This document shows, one piece after another, positions 10,241 to 23,207 of a stretch of DNA of 64,000 nucleotides. Location: contig NC_043001.1 in the NCBI RefSeq assembly GCF_006345805.1, positions 682,001 through 746,000 of the forward strand, in the 5' to 3' direction. Position 1 is the stretch's first letter. The number at the start of each line of letters is the position of its first letter. The DNA comes from Octopus sinensis. Its lineage: Eukaryota. Made by a program: the position numbers and the translations under genes. The notes beneath the pieces are model-generated. The model ran no database searches and was not told the origin of the DNA. It saw nothing but the letters and a program-made list of their open reading frames with translations.

Positions 10241-12691
10241 CAGTACAAGTGCACCACTATATGAGTAAATTACTGTTATGAGCTGAGGCTCATGTGAATT
10301 TTTGTCTTGAAGTATGAGTTTCATACAAGTGGCCACTGGCGGGAACTGAACTCGCACACACTCTCCCAACAAGTGCAGCCTCCGTTCACTCAATTCATGT
10401 GTTTATCTTGTGGCAGCATCCCCTGTTGTGTTTTACCCAGTGTTTTTGTTTAGTTTTGTGCATTTTTGCTATTATTCTACAATAATTAGTTGTGTTAGCC
10501 GTGGCTTCTGAGAAGGTGAGTGCAAAGGACAGTACTGAGAAGAAGAAAAAAGCTGATTACGATAAAACTGAAGAAGGAAATCGTTGATAAACATGAGAGA
10601 GGAGTGAGTGTAGTGGACGTAGCACATCAATATGACCGAGGCACGTCAATGACCTGCACTGTCCTGAAGAGAAAGGATGAGATCAAGGCCATTACAACAG
10701 CAAATGGTGTCTCCAGGCTATCTAATCACAATGCACTTCTATCCATGAAAGGATGGAAAAATTGCTTCTCTTGTGGAGCAACAAGAAGCAACTCACAAGG
10801 GATACAATTGTGGAGACCCTCATCTGCAAGAAAGCACAAGTGCTGTATGGGGATCCCCTGATGCAGAACACTAGAACATCGATGGAGGGGATATCAGCAG
10901 AAACATTGAAAGCCAATTGTGTCTGGTTTTATAATTTCAAGAAGACTGGTGTTCATAGTGTCATCAAATATGGAGAAGCAGCAAGTTCTGACACAAAGGC
11001 AGCTGAATATTTCAGGGAGCTGAATTCCATCAGCTCATCACTGCCGAGGGGTATATCACACAACAGGTTTTCAACTGTGATGAACTGACCTTTTTTTCGA
11101 AAAAAATGCCCAGAACTGACATAACTGTAGAGGGGGGAAAATGCCAGGCCACAAGCGTATGAAAGATAGGCTAACTTACGCCCTTTGTGCCAATGCAAGT
11201 GAAAACCAGAAGATTAAGCCACTCTTTGTCTACCATTCTGAAAACCTGTGAGCATTCATATCACACAAAACATGTTAAGCAACACTAATAATAAATCAAA
11301 AGACATAAAAATAGACAATCCTTTCACGATTTTATAGATATTAGGAAAGGATGATGCTATGATGCAAGGCGTTTCCATCATTTTGTCGAAAACATTAAAT
11401 GTAAAGAATATTTTCATTGTGCCAAATGCAAAATAATTGTCACTGCAGGTTATGTGGAGGGCAAACGTTAAAGCCTGGGTCACCAGGCAATTCTTCTCTG
11501 AGAGGGTCAACCTTATCTTTGGACCAGCAGTGAAAAGTACTTTCTAGAGAACAATCTTCCTCTCAAGGCCCTCCTCATCCTCAATGTTCTTGCTCACCCT
11601 CCTAACTTTGAAGATGATATTCTGGACGAATTTAAATTTATAAAATTTCTGTACCTTTCACAACACCTTCCTTATCTTGCAGCTCATGGACCAACAGGTG
11701 ATTTGTAATTTCAAGAAATTCTACACCAAACATCTGTTTCATCAGTGTATTGAAGTCACCGAAAATACAAATCTAACCCGTCGTGAGTTTTGGATGGAGT
11801 ACTATAACATTGTAAACTACCTGAAAATCATTGATATGGCTTGGCAGGGTGTAACGAGAAGAACACTGAATTTTGCATGGAGGAAACTGTGTCCTGACTG
11901 CATATCTGGAAGAGACTTTGGGGAGTTTGAGTCTGAGGCTCCTGTAGTCTCTTGGCAAGTCCATGGGCATTGAGATTGATGATGGGGACATTAACGATCT
12001 TGTCGAGGAACACTCAGAGGTGCTGATGACAGAGGAACTCCTGCAGCTTTGGAGGCAGCAGCATTTGGATGCATTTGGATGAGTGTAGCAGAGAATGCTA
12101 TCTCTGCAAGTGACACAAAGGCAGTGTCAGCAGAGTAGCAGCAGGTTTCTGAATTTGTAGAAAAATATCATCCCGAAAAAATAGCTACAGGTCGTGCAGT
12201 TAGTTTATTTAATGACACTGCTCTGCTGCATTTTGAAAGGCAGGAAAAAGCAGACTTCCCTTGATATGTTTCTAACGAAGCAACTTGCAAAGGTAAAAAG
12301 TAAAGAAAATGTGTCCAAAAAGCCTAAATTAAGCAAAGTGAGAAAGAAAACATCAGAAATTGTTCTTCCTGAAACCCGAATGGAAAGAGATTCTCCAGTC
12401 ATCCTCCTCCTCACTCTATCGTCTTCCTCTTGCACAAATCGTCCCATTTTTTAGGTAATTCAGTTAATAAAACCAGTTTACATATTTCTTTTGCATTCTC
12501 TTTTTTTATAATTGTCATTTTACTTGTAACTACACCTTTTCTGTGTTAAAACCCATAAAAAATTATTTCTGGGTGGCTTGTAGGGGCTGGAATGGATTAA
12601 TTATATTTTTGTTAATTTCACTGGGGGAAACTGATTTGTAAAATGAGTTTGGTCATGGAACAAATTGAACTCGTACTGCAAGGCATCACTG
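10241..12691 (+). mobile_element. Tigger/pogo DNA transposon with frameshifted TIGD1-like transposase pseudogene (~10500-12400)
   Basis: CENP-B-type HTH (KKLITIKLKKEIVDKHERGVSVVDVAHQY); MEKLLLLW, GEAASSD, MPGHKRMKDRLT...ANAS, VMWRANVKAWVT and LQLMDQQVICNFKKFY motifs; ends ...GGCATCACTG. The 5' boundary is approximate. Confidence 0.9.
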
Positions 12692-13635
12692 TTTGAAATA
12701 AAGAGGCCTCTGGCCAAGCTGGAGTTATAATACTAAGTTATAATAACTAAGTACTAAGGACCTGCTTAAAAATTACCCATTTTATGTTCTCTGCTATTTT
12801 TGGAAGTTGTAAATTGTTTTCATATTTTATATTTTTCTTACAGATCTTTTAGACATTCTGCAACTAGAATAAGGAAAGAATATTGTAGTACCTAATATTG
12901 TCTGATCTCTCTTGATTTTCAAGCTTTTCTTTAACCCTAGGATTGATAACACCTATGATTAATCCCACTCTAATCATGCTTGAAAAATATCTACAGCCAT
13001 ACTGTCCAAAGTATCGTTTTTTTTATGATAACTGAATGAAGGATATTTCATTGTTGCTGCTTGGTGACCCCCCAACCCCAGGTTGACTTTGTTTCAGATG
13101 AAAGACAACTCTAATCATCCAACTCCTTTGAAAATATTACTCTACAATTTGACCTTCCCTTTTTAAGACAGTAGAGCATGATTAGCAGACAATTGTCTGC
13201 TATTTTTAGCAGGTCAAATAACCATGCAGAAATTCCTTCTTGGTTCCTGATGATAGTCAGCCATTAAAATTCCATTCAAATTTAAAATGCATCATGGAAA
13301 TATCAGTGAACACCAGAACTTGGTTGGTCCTTTATTTCATTGATGCGAGGAGGACAAAAGGCCAAACGGACATCAGTGGGATCCTGACTCAGAAACAAAA
13401 TGCTAGGACTAAAAACCACAAGGCATTTTTGTCTAATGTTCACCCAATTTTGTCAGCCAACTGTCATTAATGTTTAATTTTTTATTAGCTGAAGTAAATT
13501 ATGGAGAAATTGGCATTTGTTATAAAAGAAAACACTGTACTGCTTCAAATGTGCTAAACTACAATTTAAAACAGGTTTTGTGGTGCTTTAGGAAAAAAAA
13601 TTGACAGTTAAATTTGTTAGTTGATCAATTTAACT

Positions 13636-13751
13636 TCTCTGACCATATATGGTCACATTCAAGTTGGGTTACTTCTATTCTTCATGGTTTGTCTCTCTGA
13701 CCATATATGGTCACATTCAAGTTGGGTTACTTCTATTCTTCATGGTTTGTC
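13636..13751. repeat. Perfect 58-bp tandem duplication
   Basis: TCTCTGACCATATATGGTCACATTCAAGTTGGGTTACTTCTATTCTTCATGGTTTGTC x2. Confidence 0.95.
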
Positions 13752-14854
13752 CTTCCCAATTTAAATGGAAGTGTCACTCTGCCGGGTCAGCAAATTTGAA
13801 ATGAGTTTTTTTAATATATTTGATTTATCTTCCTCGTGTTTGTTGGGATGTGTTAACCAGTATTCAACAATGTTTACCTCTCCCCAATACTTGTATCACC
13901 TTGACTAATTAAGGTTATCCCCACATTAAGTGGCAGTACTTACTCTGAAATACCTCTATCCATTTTACATTTATTTTCTCTTCTATTTATAAACAAAAGA
14001 TACTGAATTTAAACACACACACGTATGTGTGTGTGTGCATTCTATATTTTATCTCTTTGTCAGGATGGAGAGCAATGCCTATGACTCTTGTCAAGGACTC
14101 AAAGGCCAGTGGGAGGGAAGAAGATATCCTCAAACTGAAGTCCCAAACTGTATGCTTGCAACAGAGCAGTTGTCACTAAAGGACCCCATGGTGCTAGAGA
14201 ATGGATTGAGTTTAACATTAAGTGTGTCACGGTGGGACCAAAACTCAGGACACCTGCATAGATACACATCTGTTGTAATAAAAGTCTTGTCTCTACATTG
14301 GTATCACTGTAGCCATGATACCAATATAAGAATTGTGGCTGCAATGAGTAGAATTTTGGTCTGAGATGTTATAGAATATAGAATAAATTGATCACCTCAC
14401 TGATTTTGTATTTTTGGCTTTGTGCCAATGGATAAAAAAATGGGATTTGTATTGTGATGTTGAGATAATTGACATTGTTGCAAAATCATGGAGAGAGAAA
14501 ACAGTAAACCACTCTTGGAAAGGTTTATCTTTGGTGGATGAGGTTTCATTAATGAAGTCATAAGTAGACCAAAACATGTCCAGAGTTGTCTCTCATACTC
14601 AAAGAATGAAACAATATAAGTCATTGATTAATATTGTTTAGTCCTCACTAATTACTTCATGCTTATTCAGCTTTCTAATGTTCCTTGTATTATGTTTAGA
14701 TTAACTTAAGTATTCTCAATAGTGTGTGTGTGTGTGTGTGTGTGGGACAGATGAAATCAACGTCCTTTTCACATATAAATATTATTCTACATTCAGGTTT
14801 TGTTAGTAAGTAGGTTAAAATACAATTAAATTGAGCTCTTTCCATTAAAATTAT

Positions 14855-15102
14855 ATCTGTGTATACATATGTACATAAATATGTACATACATACACACAC
14901 ACATGTATATATGTATGTATGCACATTTATACACATACACACACACACATATATATATATATACATACATATATATATACATACATACAAACATACATAC
15001 ATATATATATACATATATATATACATATATATATATATACATACATATATATACACATACATATATACACATACATACATATATATACATACATACATAT
15101 AT

Positions 15103-15136
<34 letters not shown>

Positions 15137-15190
15137 CATCATCATCATCATATATATATATATATATATACATACACACATAGACACACA
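14855..15190. repeat. Compound (TA)/(CA)/(ACAT) microsatellite
   Basis: Seen directly; source of the HIY/MYV ORFs. Confidence 0.95.
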
Positions 15191-15749
15191 CACAAGCACG
15201 AATGTACTTTGGTTGTTTTAGCCATCATATGTAAAATCTATGTTGTTAATTGTTTTATATATGTGTATGTAAATGTATGTAATATAATACAATACAATAT
15301 AGTGTGTGTGTGTGTGAGCGTGAGCTGAACGTAATGTTTTTTATTCCTTTCATGGTTAACCCTGACCTTGTGACTCTCTTCCCTAATATATGTTCTCCCA
15401 CTACATTTGTGTATTCTCTTCTTAATTTTGTTTCCTATCCCCTGCACCCTTTTCTAATTAAAGTATTATATATCCCAGACATTATTATCATTATTATTAT
15501 TTTTAGTAATAGTAGTAGTAGTAGTAGTAGTAGTATCATTGGTTGTGGTCCTTAAATAAATAGTTCTCAAAACAATGGATATGCAATAAAAGTGGGTGAA
15601 ATAGATTTATTTTTAAATTACAACTCGTCAACATCTAATTAATCCTGTCTAAAATATCAACATGAATATGAAACAGTTTGAACACACACACACACACACA
15701 CACACACATACGCACGCACACACACACACACGCGTGCACGTGTGTGTTT

Positions 15750-16322
15750 GTGAACATGGGTCTTTGTTTAAGAAGTTCACTTCCCAATGATATGGTTTCA
15801 GGTTCCGTCCCATGGCATGGCCCCTTCTATTATTGCTCGAGGTCAACAAAGGCTTTGTGTGTAGATTGAGAAGATGGAAACCCATCATAAAGTGTGTGTG
15901 GTTGAGAAGATTGCTTACCAACAATAAGAGCTTAAGATCACTCACACTGCATGGCACTTTAGACAAATACTTTCTTCTAAAGCTCTGGGCCAACCAAACT
16001 GGATTTGGTATAGTGAATGTGAAAGAACCCCACTGTATGTATGTGTGTGTGTGTGTGTACGTATGTATGTATGTATGTATGTATGTATGTATGTATGTAT
16101 GTATGCATGTATGTATGCATGTATGTATGCATGTATGCATGCATGTATGCATGCATGTACGTATGTATGCATGTATGTATGTATGTATGCATGTTTGCAT
16201 GTATGCATGTATGTATGTATGCATATATGTATGCATGTATGTATGTATGCGTGTATGTATGCATGTATGTATGTATGTATGTATGCATGTATGTATGTAT
16301 GTATGCATGTATGTATGTATAT
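15750..16322 (+). repeat. Two degenerate SINE-A heads followed by an (ATGT/ATGC)n microsatellite
   Basis: AAGAAGTTCACTTCCCAA...GGTTCCGTCCC and GAAGATTGCTTACCAAC...GAAAGAACCCC; tetranucleotide array at 16035-16322. Confidence 0.7.
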
Positions 16323-16838
16323 AAAAAGATATAAATATATTTTGCAACAACATGTCTAGTGAAAAGGAAATATCTTGCTTGGAAGCGTGAGGGTGGGTGA
16401 CGGGAAGGGCATCCAGTTGTGAAAGTATTGTCTTAGTAAATTGAGCTTTTCTGACCCAAACTAGCAAGAAAAAATGAATGAATGGATGCAAGAAAGGGAT
16501 CCAGCTATAAAAACAAAGACAAAATTCAAACTTACATAAGGGGTTTATAAAGTGTGAGCTGAAAGAGGTCTGAATGCTATTTGGGGTATGTAAAGGGTCC
16601 CTTGGTGACTGTTTTTCACGTTTTTAAAGGGTAAGTGTTGTTGTTTAACCCTGGGTCAGCCCTGATTATTTATTCTTATCATCAAAAGGGTTCCAGCTAA
16701 GACCACCTCGTGTCATTTTTCAGATGGTGCTTCTACAACTTCCTTTGGAAATGTATCTTTTCCCTTTTCAATGGGGGTATACTGTAATTTGAGGGAGATA
16801 TACCTACTATTTCTAGCAAATCAAGTGATCTTGTAGAG

Positions 16839-17113
16839 CAGTGGTTCTCAAACATTTTTTTCATCTAAGGACCCTATTTTACTTGAGTGGACCCTCATAG
16901 CTGTTCTATTTTTAAAATCCTATTTTACTTTTAGAAATTGTATTTAAAAAATTGCTAAAATATTTGGTGCACTTTAGAAATACAAGCAATTTATTGCTCC
17001 TAAATTTTAATAGCATACTCTTACATGGACCCTGCCCACCCCCAAGTCATATGGTTCCCCAAGGGTTATATGATTCTCCAAGAGTCATATGGACTTCTGG
17101 TTGAGAATCACTG
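16839..17113. mobile_element. hAT/Charlie-type MITE
   Basis: TIRs CAGTGGTTCTCAA ... TTGAGAATCACTG; flanks TTGTAGAG / ACGTAGAA resemble a decayed 8-bp TSD. Confidence 0.8.
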
Positions 17114-17591
17114 ACGTAGAAGTCCCTTTGTTGCCGCATTTGCATTTATGAGTGTTTGGGTGGGTGTGTATGCCTGCCAGGAGGTAAGAAGTGTGTGTGT
17201 ATGTTTGATTTTGTAGGGTTGAAGCAAACTGCTTGTCCTCAACACAATCCAACAATGGTTCACCTTCGACCCTAACTGACACAGACATTGAGACATAACA
17301 AATACTAAATGTGAAATAATAGACTAAATTAAAATCTCATTCTTTCCAGGCCAGACCCAACAATGACATTAAGTTTAACCTCTTAATTTTAATTTTATTT
17401 ATTTCACATTAAAGTGCAGAAGCTAACATATAAGCAAATTATTTAATTATCACTAGGTTAATGAGAAAATGGAAGTCTCCAGCATATTTTAGAAAAAAAA
17501 ATACCAATGTGGAGCTCTGGTTTACAATACATATATTTTGGTAAATGTGGCACCAAAAATATGTTTAATGGTTAATCAGAATTTAGATAGA

Positions 17592-17622
<31 letters not shown>

Positions 17623-17799
17623 CACGCGCGCATGCACATATATGCATTTGTGTGAACTTACATGTGTGTGAGTTGTAGGAGTTTCATGTGTTACATCTCA
17701 AAAACACTTTAATAAAAACAGAAAATAGAGAACATACTATGCTTAACCAACTTAACTTAGGGTTTTCTACAAAGATTCTTTGCTCATCTGCCAATCCCT

Positions 17800-18100
17800 G
17801 AGAAACCTGATCTCTAAACTAGAGACATAACATATCCACTGGTAAGGAAGGCTATGGTCCATACTTCAGAGCAAATAACAAGACCAACTGTCCAACAAGG
17901 AAGTCCTGAATGGGAACAACAAATACCAGCATTGAAGATGTAATAAAATAAAAACTGGGGTTAATGGAACACCGTATACATGAGCCTGACACTCAACTTC
18001 CTGATATAGTGTTTTATTGGGAATTAGAAACAGGAGGCCAAAAGAAAAGATAATGAGAGTAGCTCAAGTATACTCATACACCTGCGGCAATGATTGGATG
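17800..18100 (+). mobile_element. Old RTE LINE ORF C-terminal fragment
   Basis: Fragmentary QDQLSNKEVL and PDTQLPDIVFYWELETGGQKKR, typical of RTE C-termini. Confidence 0.55.
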
Positions 18101-18247
18101 CATAGAAACTGTGTGGAAGCTACCTGTAAATTAGAAATTTTCTGTGAATTGGGCTAAAAATATTTTCAGTCTTTCAAAATTTGTTTGAGTATCGCAAACA
18201 TCCCCAACAAATCTCAAATATAATAATAATGATGATGATGATGATAA

Positions 18248-19402
18248 TAGAGGTTATGAGAGGTAATGGTGTCAGGTAATGCAGAATAAGTGCTATGGAT
18301 AGACCATACTTAAGCTCCAGATTCGGTGATTATGCAAATAGGGAGTCCAACATAGGTCATATATCAGCGTGTGTGTATAAAAATTTTTTACATAATGAGA
18401 TAAAAAAAACCAAGGCTGTGTAGGTTTTAGAACATTTATAAATAGAAGGTCTTACAGCTGTTTCTAGGATATTCATTAAATCCCTTCATTGGAGACAGTG
18501 TGAGAAGATAGTTAAGCAATAGTTAATTTAGATAAGATACGAAATGGAGAGCGAAGTGTAGGAATGAAAATAGATGTGAGATATGCAGGGATATTGTATC
18601 TGCAGATCCATTATTTAGACAGAATGGTATACATATAAGATTCCAATACCTTATGAGTAAAATCCCATGGTATTTAAAATTGGTCATTCCAAGTATAGAG
18701 TTTATACACAGTACTATTGAATCAAGGGTTTTATTTAAAGTAACCTAAAAGTAGGGGATGTATTAGTAAGGTCAAATTGAAAACAGGAAGAGAGGAATAA
18801 AGAAAGAGAAAAAAAGAGAAAAAAGAGGGAGAAGAGAAAAGAAAGAAAAGAAAATAAGAAGAAAAATAAAAGAAATAAAAAAGAGGAAAAACAGGAAGAG
18901 AGGAATAAAGAAAAGAAAGAAAAAAGAAAAACAATGAAGAGATAGTAAGGGAAAGTGTACTAGTTAATGGTCAGTGGAGATAGTTTGAAAGTAAGAATGG
19001 GGAGATAAGGACCTTACTAATACATCCCCTACTTTTAGGTTACTTTAAATAAAACCCTTGATTCAATAACACTGTGTACAAACTCTATATTTGGAATGAC
19101 CAATTTTAAATACCATGGGATTTTACTCATAAGGTATTGGAATCTTATATGTATACCATTCTGTCTAAATAATGGATCTGCAGATACAATATCCCTGGAT
19201 ATCTCACATCTATTTTCATTCCTACACTTCGCTCTCCATTTCGTATCTTATCTAAATTAACTATTGCTTAACCATCTTCTCACACTGTCTCCAATGAAGG
19301 GATTTAATGAATATCCTAGAAACAGCTGTAAGACCTTCTATTTATAAATGTTCTAAAATCTACACAGCCTTGGTTTTTTTTATCTCATTATGTAAAAAAT
19401 TT

Positions 19403-19405
<3 letters not shown>
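18248..19405 (-). mobile_element. Penelope-like fold-back element: 396-bp inverted arms (18378-18773 / 19010-19405), 236-bp purine-rich spacer, unpaired tail 18248-18377
   Basis: Arms are near-perfect reverse complements (about 7 mismatches by eye); each carries a hammerhead-like fold; the tail recurs at 53540-53695. Confidence 0.85.
19287..19334 (+). ncRNA. Minimal hammerhead-like motif with mutated core (CCAAUGA); identical mirror copy at 18449-18496 (-)
   Basis: Stem I GTCT/AGAC; CCAATGA plus A; stem II GGGAT/ATCCT; GAAA; palindromic stem III ACAGCTGT; cleavage-site GUA. Confidence 0.6.
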
Positions 19406-19435
<30 letters not shown>

Positions 19436-19577
19436 TAATAATAATAATGACAAATATGATGATGATGATGATGAAAGTGCTCTCTCTCCCTCTGACAAGT
19501 TGCCTATACAACTAAGTGCCTTATAGGTGTAAAACTAATATTCACTCTTTGACTGGCCGTAACAAGCAATCTTCTAA

Positions 19578-19619
<42 letters not shown>

Positions 19620-19859
19620 TCATCAATGTCCACTTTTCCATGCTAATATGGGTAAGGCAGAATTCATTGAGGCAGATCTTCTTTCACCAGCTCCTTTCCT
19701 TTCATCAACCATCACTTTTTCAAGCAAGTTGTTATGTCGCATGTTTATATGGAAGATTGGCAACAAATAATGTTGCTTGTATGATGATGCGGCATGCTTT
19801 GAGCTATCACATAATGCCAAAACAAAGGCACAAACACATGTACACACACACACATACAT

Positions 19860-19874
19860 ACATATATAAATTAT

Positions 19875-19962
<88 letters not shown>

Positions 19963-19964
19963 GT

Positions 19965-19998
<34 letters not shown>
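19860..19998. repeat. (TA)n microsatellite
   Basis: Seen directly. Confidence 0.95.
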
Positions 19999-20002
<4 letters not shown>

Positions 20003-23000
20003 CTGGTTGAAGTCTCTGTGATTCATTTGTTTCACCTGAACTAAAGAATAAATTCAGAAAAACTGTGATTTACAATTTTCCTTTCTCATGACTTTGGTGT
20101 TTCTGATGGAATTTGAAACATATCTTTTGTCTTAATTAGAAATTGAGAATTATTAATTAAATCTGTAATCGTAATCCTTAGTATTTAATGATTTTAAAAT
20201 TAAAGTTGGTTGGTTCCTGAGAATTTACATAAATATATTGTCACCATATAAAATGTCAATCTAACAGGATGTCATAGTGACATCGGAAGCATGTCAGATA
20301 AATTTGCATCTTTGATGAGGAATTCATCTCTAATTTATGACTACAAATTGTTTTTCAATAACATTTTAAGTGGAGACATTAATCCTAAGTAGACACAATG
20401 AAAATAATATGAAATAAAATTGAGAAAAATTATAAAGAAAAAAAAAACAAACAAATTCTTCAGCTTCTAAATTCATTCTGGGCATATTTTTTCTTTTCTT
20501 TTTCTTTTGTTGTTGCTTATGTCTTTCATGGTTGAAAACAACTTTAAAAAGTGGATAGATTGATTATTTTTCTTTTCATGACTAGAAAAAACATTTTTCA
20601 AACTTAAACAGTTGCAATTCTATTAAAAATGCAAATATGCCCTATGACAGAATAGTGCAGATATATGTCGAAGAATCTGCTTTGCCCATCCTTCACACAC
20701 ACACACATTGTAGATCCTCATTATTTCTCCTGCAACGAAGGCTCTTACTTGAAACATCAGTCACTTCTTATAAAGCACCTAAACGCTACACTGCAGTTTA
20801 TATTTCCAAGCTGATGTAACCCCAAGGAGCTTTTGAGGATCACTGTTCTGTTGTTATTGCTGTTTAGCTTCAAGTTGACCCTGTTTGAGCAAAAATATTT
20901 AAAAAAAAGACTGCCATCTAGATTTTTTTTTCAGATATTATTTAATTGAATCAACCAATATGGTCTTAGAAGTCATTTTAAGATGCAAGAATATAATTTA
21001 AAGCTAATTTGGTGACTATTTTTACCAGCTCAAGTAACAACATTGAGCTTGCCTTGTTACCTCAATCCATTTTAGTCTGACAACAACAGACAAACCTCAT
21101 CCTGGATTAGATACAAATTATTCCAAGGTAACAATCCTCCAAGATATATAATACCTACCTCTACCTAAAAACTAGGAAATGAGGAATGAAACGTGTTGTC
21201 TTAATAAAGTAGTAAATGGATCTTCTGTTAGTTTCACTGTGGGGGAGTATTTTAGTTGTTTGATCATTACCACTCATTCAATTCTATGACTGAGTTTTGC
21301 AGACACGCATGTACTTTTAATGCGATCCAAGGTAGAATAACTACTCTTAACTCACACACACACACACAGAGCTACTTATTTAATGAATGAGTATGTAAGT
21401 GGCTGAGTATTCCACACAGAGGGGGAACCCTTAACATAATTCTCAGAATCAGTATGACACACAATAATGACAAGAACAGGCTTTTTAAATACAGATGCAG
21501 TCCATCTGAAGGGCTTCCTCCATCTCCCCAACTTCATGCAATAGCTTGGGTCTTCCTGAAGGTAAAGAACTCTGGCCCAAGATGTAAAACACTAAGATCA
21601 AAGGGTGGGGTGGGGGCGTTCCTTCATGGCTGTGAAGCAAACTTCTGAACCACTTGGCCATGTTTTAACAGTGACCAGACTAGTATAATAATAGGTTTAA
21701 AATAAGTACGGGGGTTAGTTTGTTTAAGCCAAACTCCTAAAAGGTGGTGCTCTAGCATGGCTGCAATACAATGACTGAAACAAGTTAAAGATAAAAGATG
21801 CACTCGGCTGTTGCAGTCCAAAGAAAATGGAAAGAAGAAAATGAAATGCAAAGAGAAGAAAATGTTCCAAGTGGTTTAGCAAGTTTAAAAGATTATCTTT
21901 AATTCATAATTTTAGGATTAAAGGAGTAAATACGTGAGTAGATGATAGTTTAGTGGCTGGATAATCTGCCAAATTGAAAAATGATTATTAAAATGGTTGG
22001 CGTTAGGAAGAGCATCCCACCATAAAAGTATATGAATGAGGCCAAGTCTGGTGAGTTGTGTAGGAGAAGAATATGTCTGGATACGAACTGACTTGGACCC
22101 TGACATTCCACTCAGCTGATGCCAGGATGGAAAGGGAAGATAATGGTGGTTATGATGATGATGATGATGATGATGATGGTTGTTATGTTGATGAACAAAT
22201 TATAAATGCTAACGAGATAGAATTATTTTGGAAATGAAAGCCTAATAAAGCTTACTTGCTGACAAAAAATTAAAATTGTAACCTGAAATTGCAGGGATCC
22301 TAACAGAAATGACTTCAACTTTGAAGGGATGCTGACATTATACATAATGGCAGAGTTTGACTATGTGATAATAGAGCTGAATGATGAAGGCTTTTTGAAA
22401 CTTAAAACATCAACAGATATGGTTACTAATAAGGAACAGATTAATCTGAGACACGTAGATAATTAATCCTCAATTAAAATATGGATGCTATTTTTAGAAT
22501 TTTCGAAAATGGAAATCACATGACAATGGAAGAAGAAACAGTTTCTGGAAACAATGTGAAAATGCACTCAGCTGCCCCACGTCAGGCACAGAAAAATCAA
22601 GACAATTATCCTTTTTTTACACAATTAAAAAAGAAAACCCAACAAAAAGCATCGGATTTGTTGTTCTACTTTTTTTTCCCACAAACTGATGGAAGTCAAT
22701 AAATTTGTTCAACATAAAACTGCATTTTATTTCTTTCTTTATTTATTCCAATCGATTTTCAGTTTCTTTTTTCTCCAAGGTATTTGAGAAACTTAAAAAT
22801 TAAAATTTTGTTTTGTTTTCAAAGTTTAGACATCAACTGGAGATATTCCATGTATTTATGCAATCAAAGAGTGAAGCATGGTTGCTTACAGCAGGCCTTA
22901 CCTCTAGTAATCAAGGGATTTCTCTACTTTTTGTGCTTTTATTCAAATTTAGGTGAAATAACGTGTAAAAGACACCAATACTTCCTCCCATTCCAATTCT

Positions 23001-23154
23001 AGCCAAAAGGGATTGGGGGTTGGATGGAGTGGTATGTTTTATATTCTTGTGTTTTAATATCAAATTTTGATTAAGGTCTCTTTCATATACTATCTCTAAA
23101 TCATCCAATTTCACTCACTAGGAATCAGCCCAAGACTTTAGAGAATACCATTTG

Positions 23155-23207
23155 CCCAGTGAGACCACAGAGTGGGATTGAAAATCCCACTCTGTGGTCT
23201 CATTGGG
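23155..23207. repeat. Near-perfect hairpin with 25-bp stem and GAA loop
   Basis: CCCAGTGAGACCACAGAGTGGGATT-GAA-AATCCCACTCTGTGGTCTCATTGGG (one G:T). Confidence 0.95.

Noticed and set aside
14029-14364. 111-aa ORF after a CAG acceptor; possible exon or piggyBac C-terminal remnant
   Set aside because: No recognisable motif and no good downstream donor.
14826-16491. Long ORFs rich in HIY/MYVC/HT repeats (also 29364-30011, 43236-43936, 51341-52850, 59898-60352)
   Set aside because: Translations of TA/CA/ATGT microsatellites, not proteins.
20725-20765. AACGAAGGCTCTTACTTGAAACATCAG possible decayed hammerhead
   Set aside because: Core and stems too degenerate to support.
22340-22380. DADIIHNGRV cadherin-like peptide
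   Set aside because: Immediately followed by a stop, with no other cadherin motifs.
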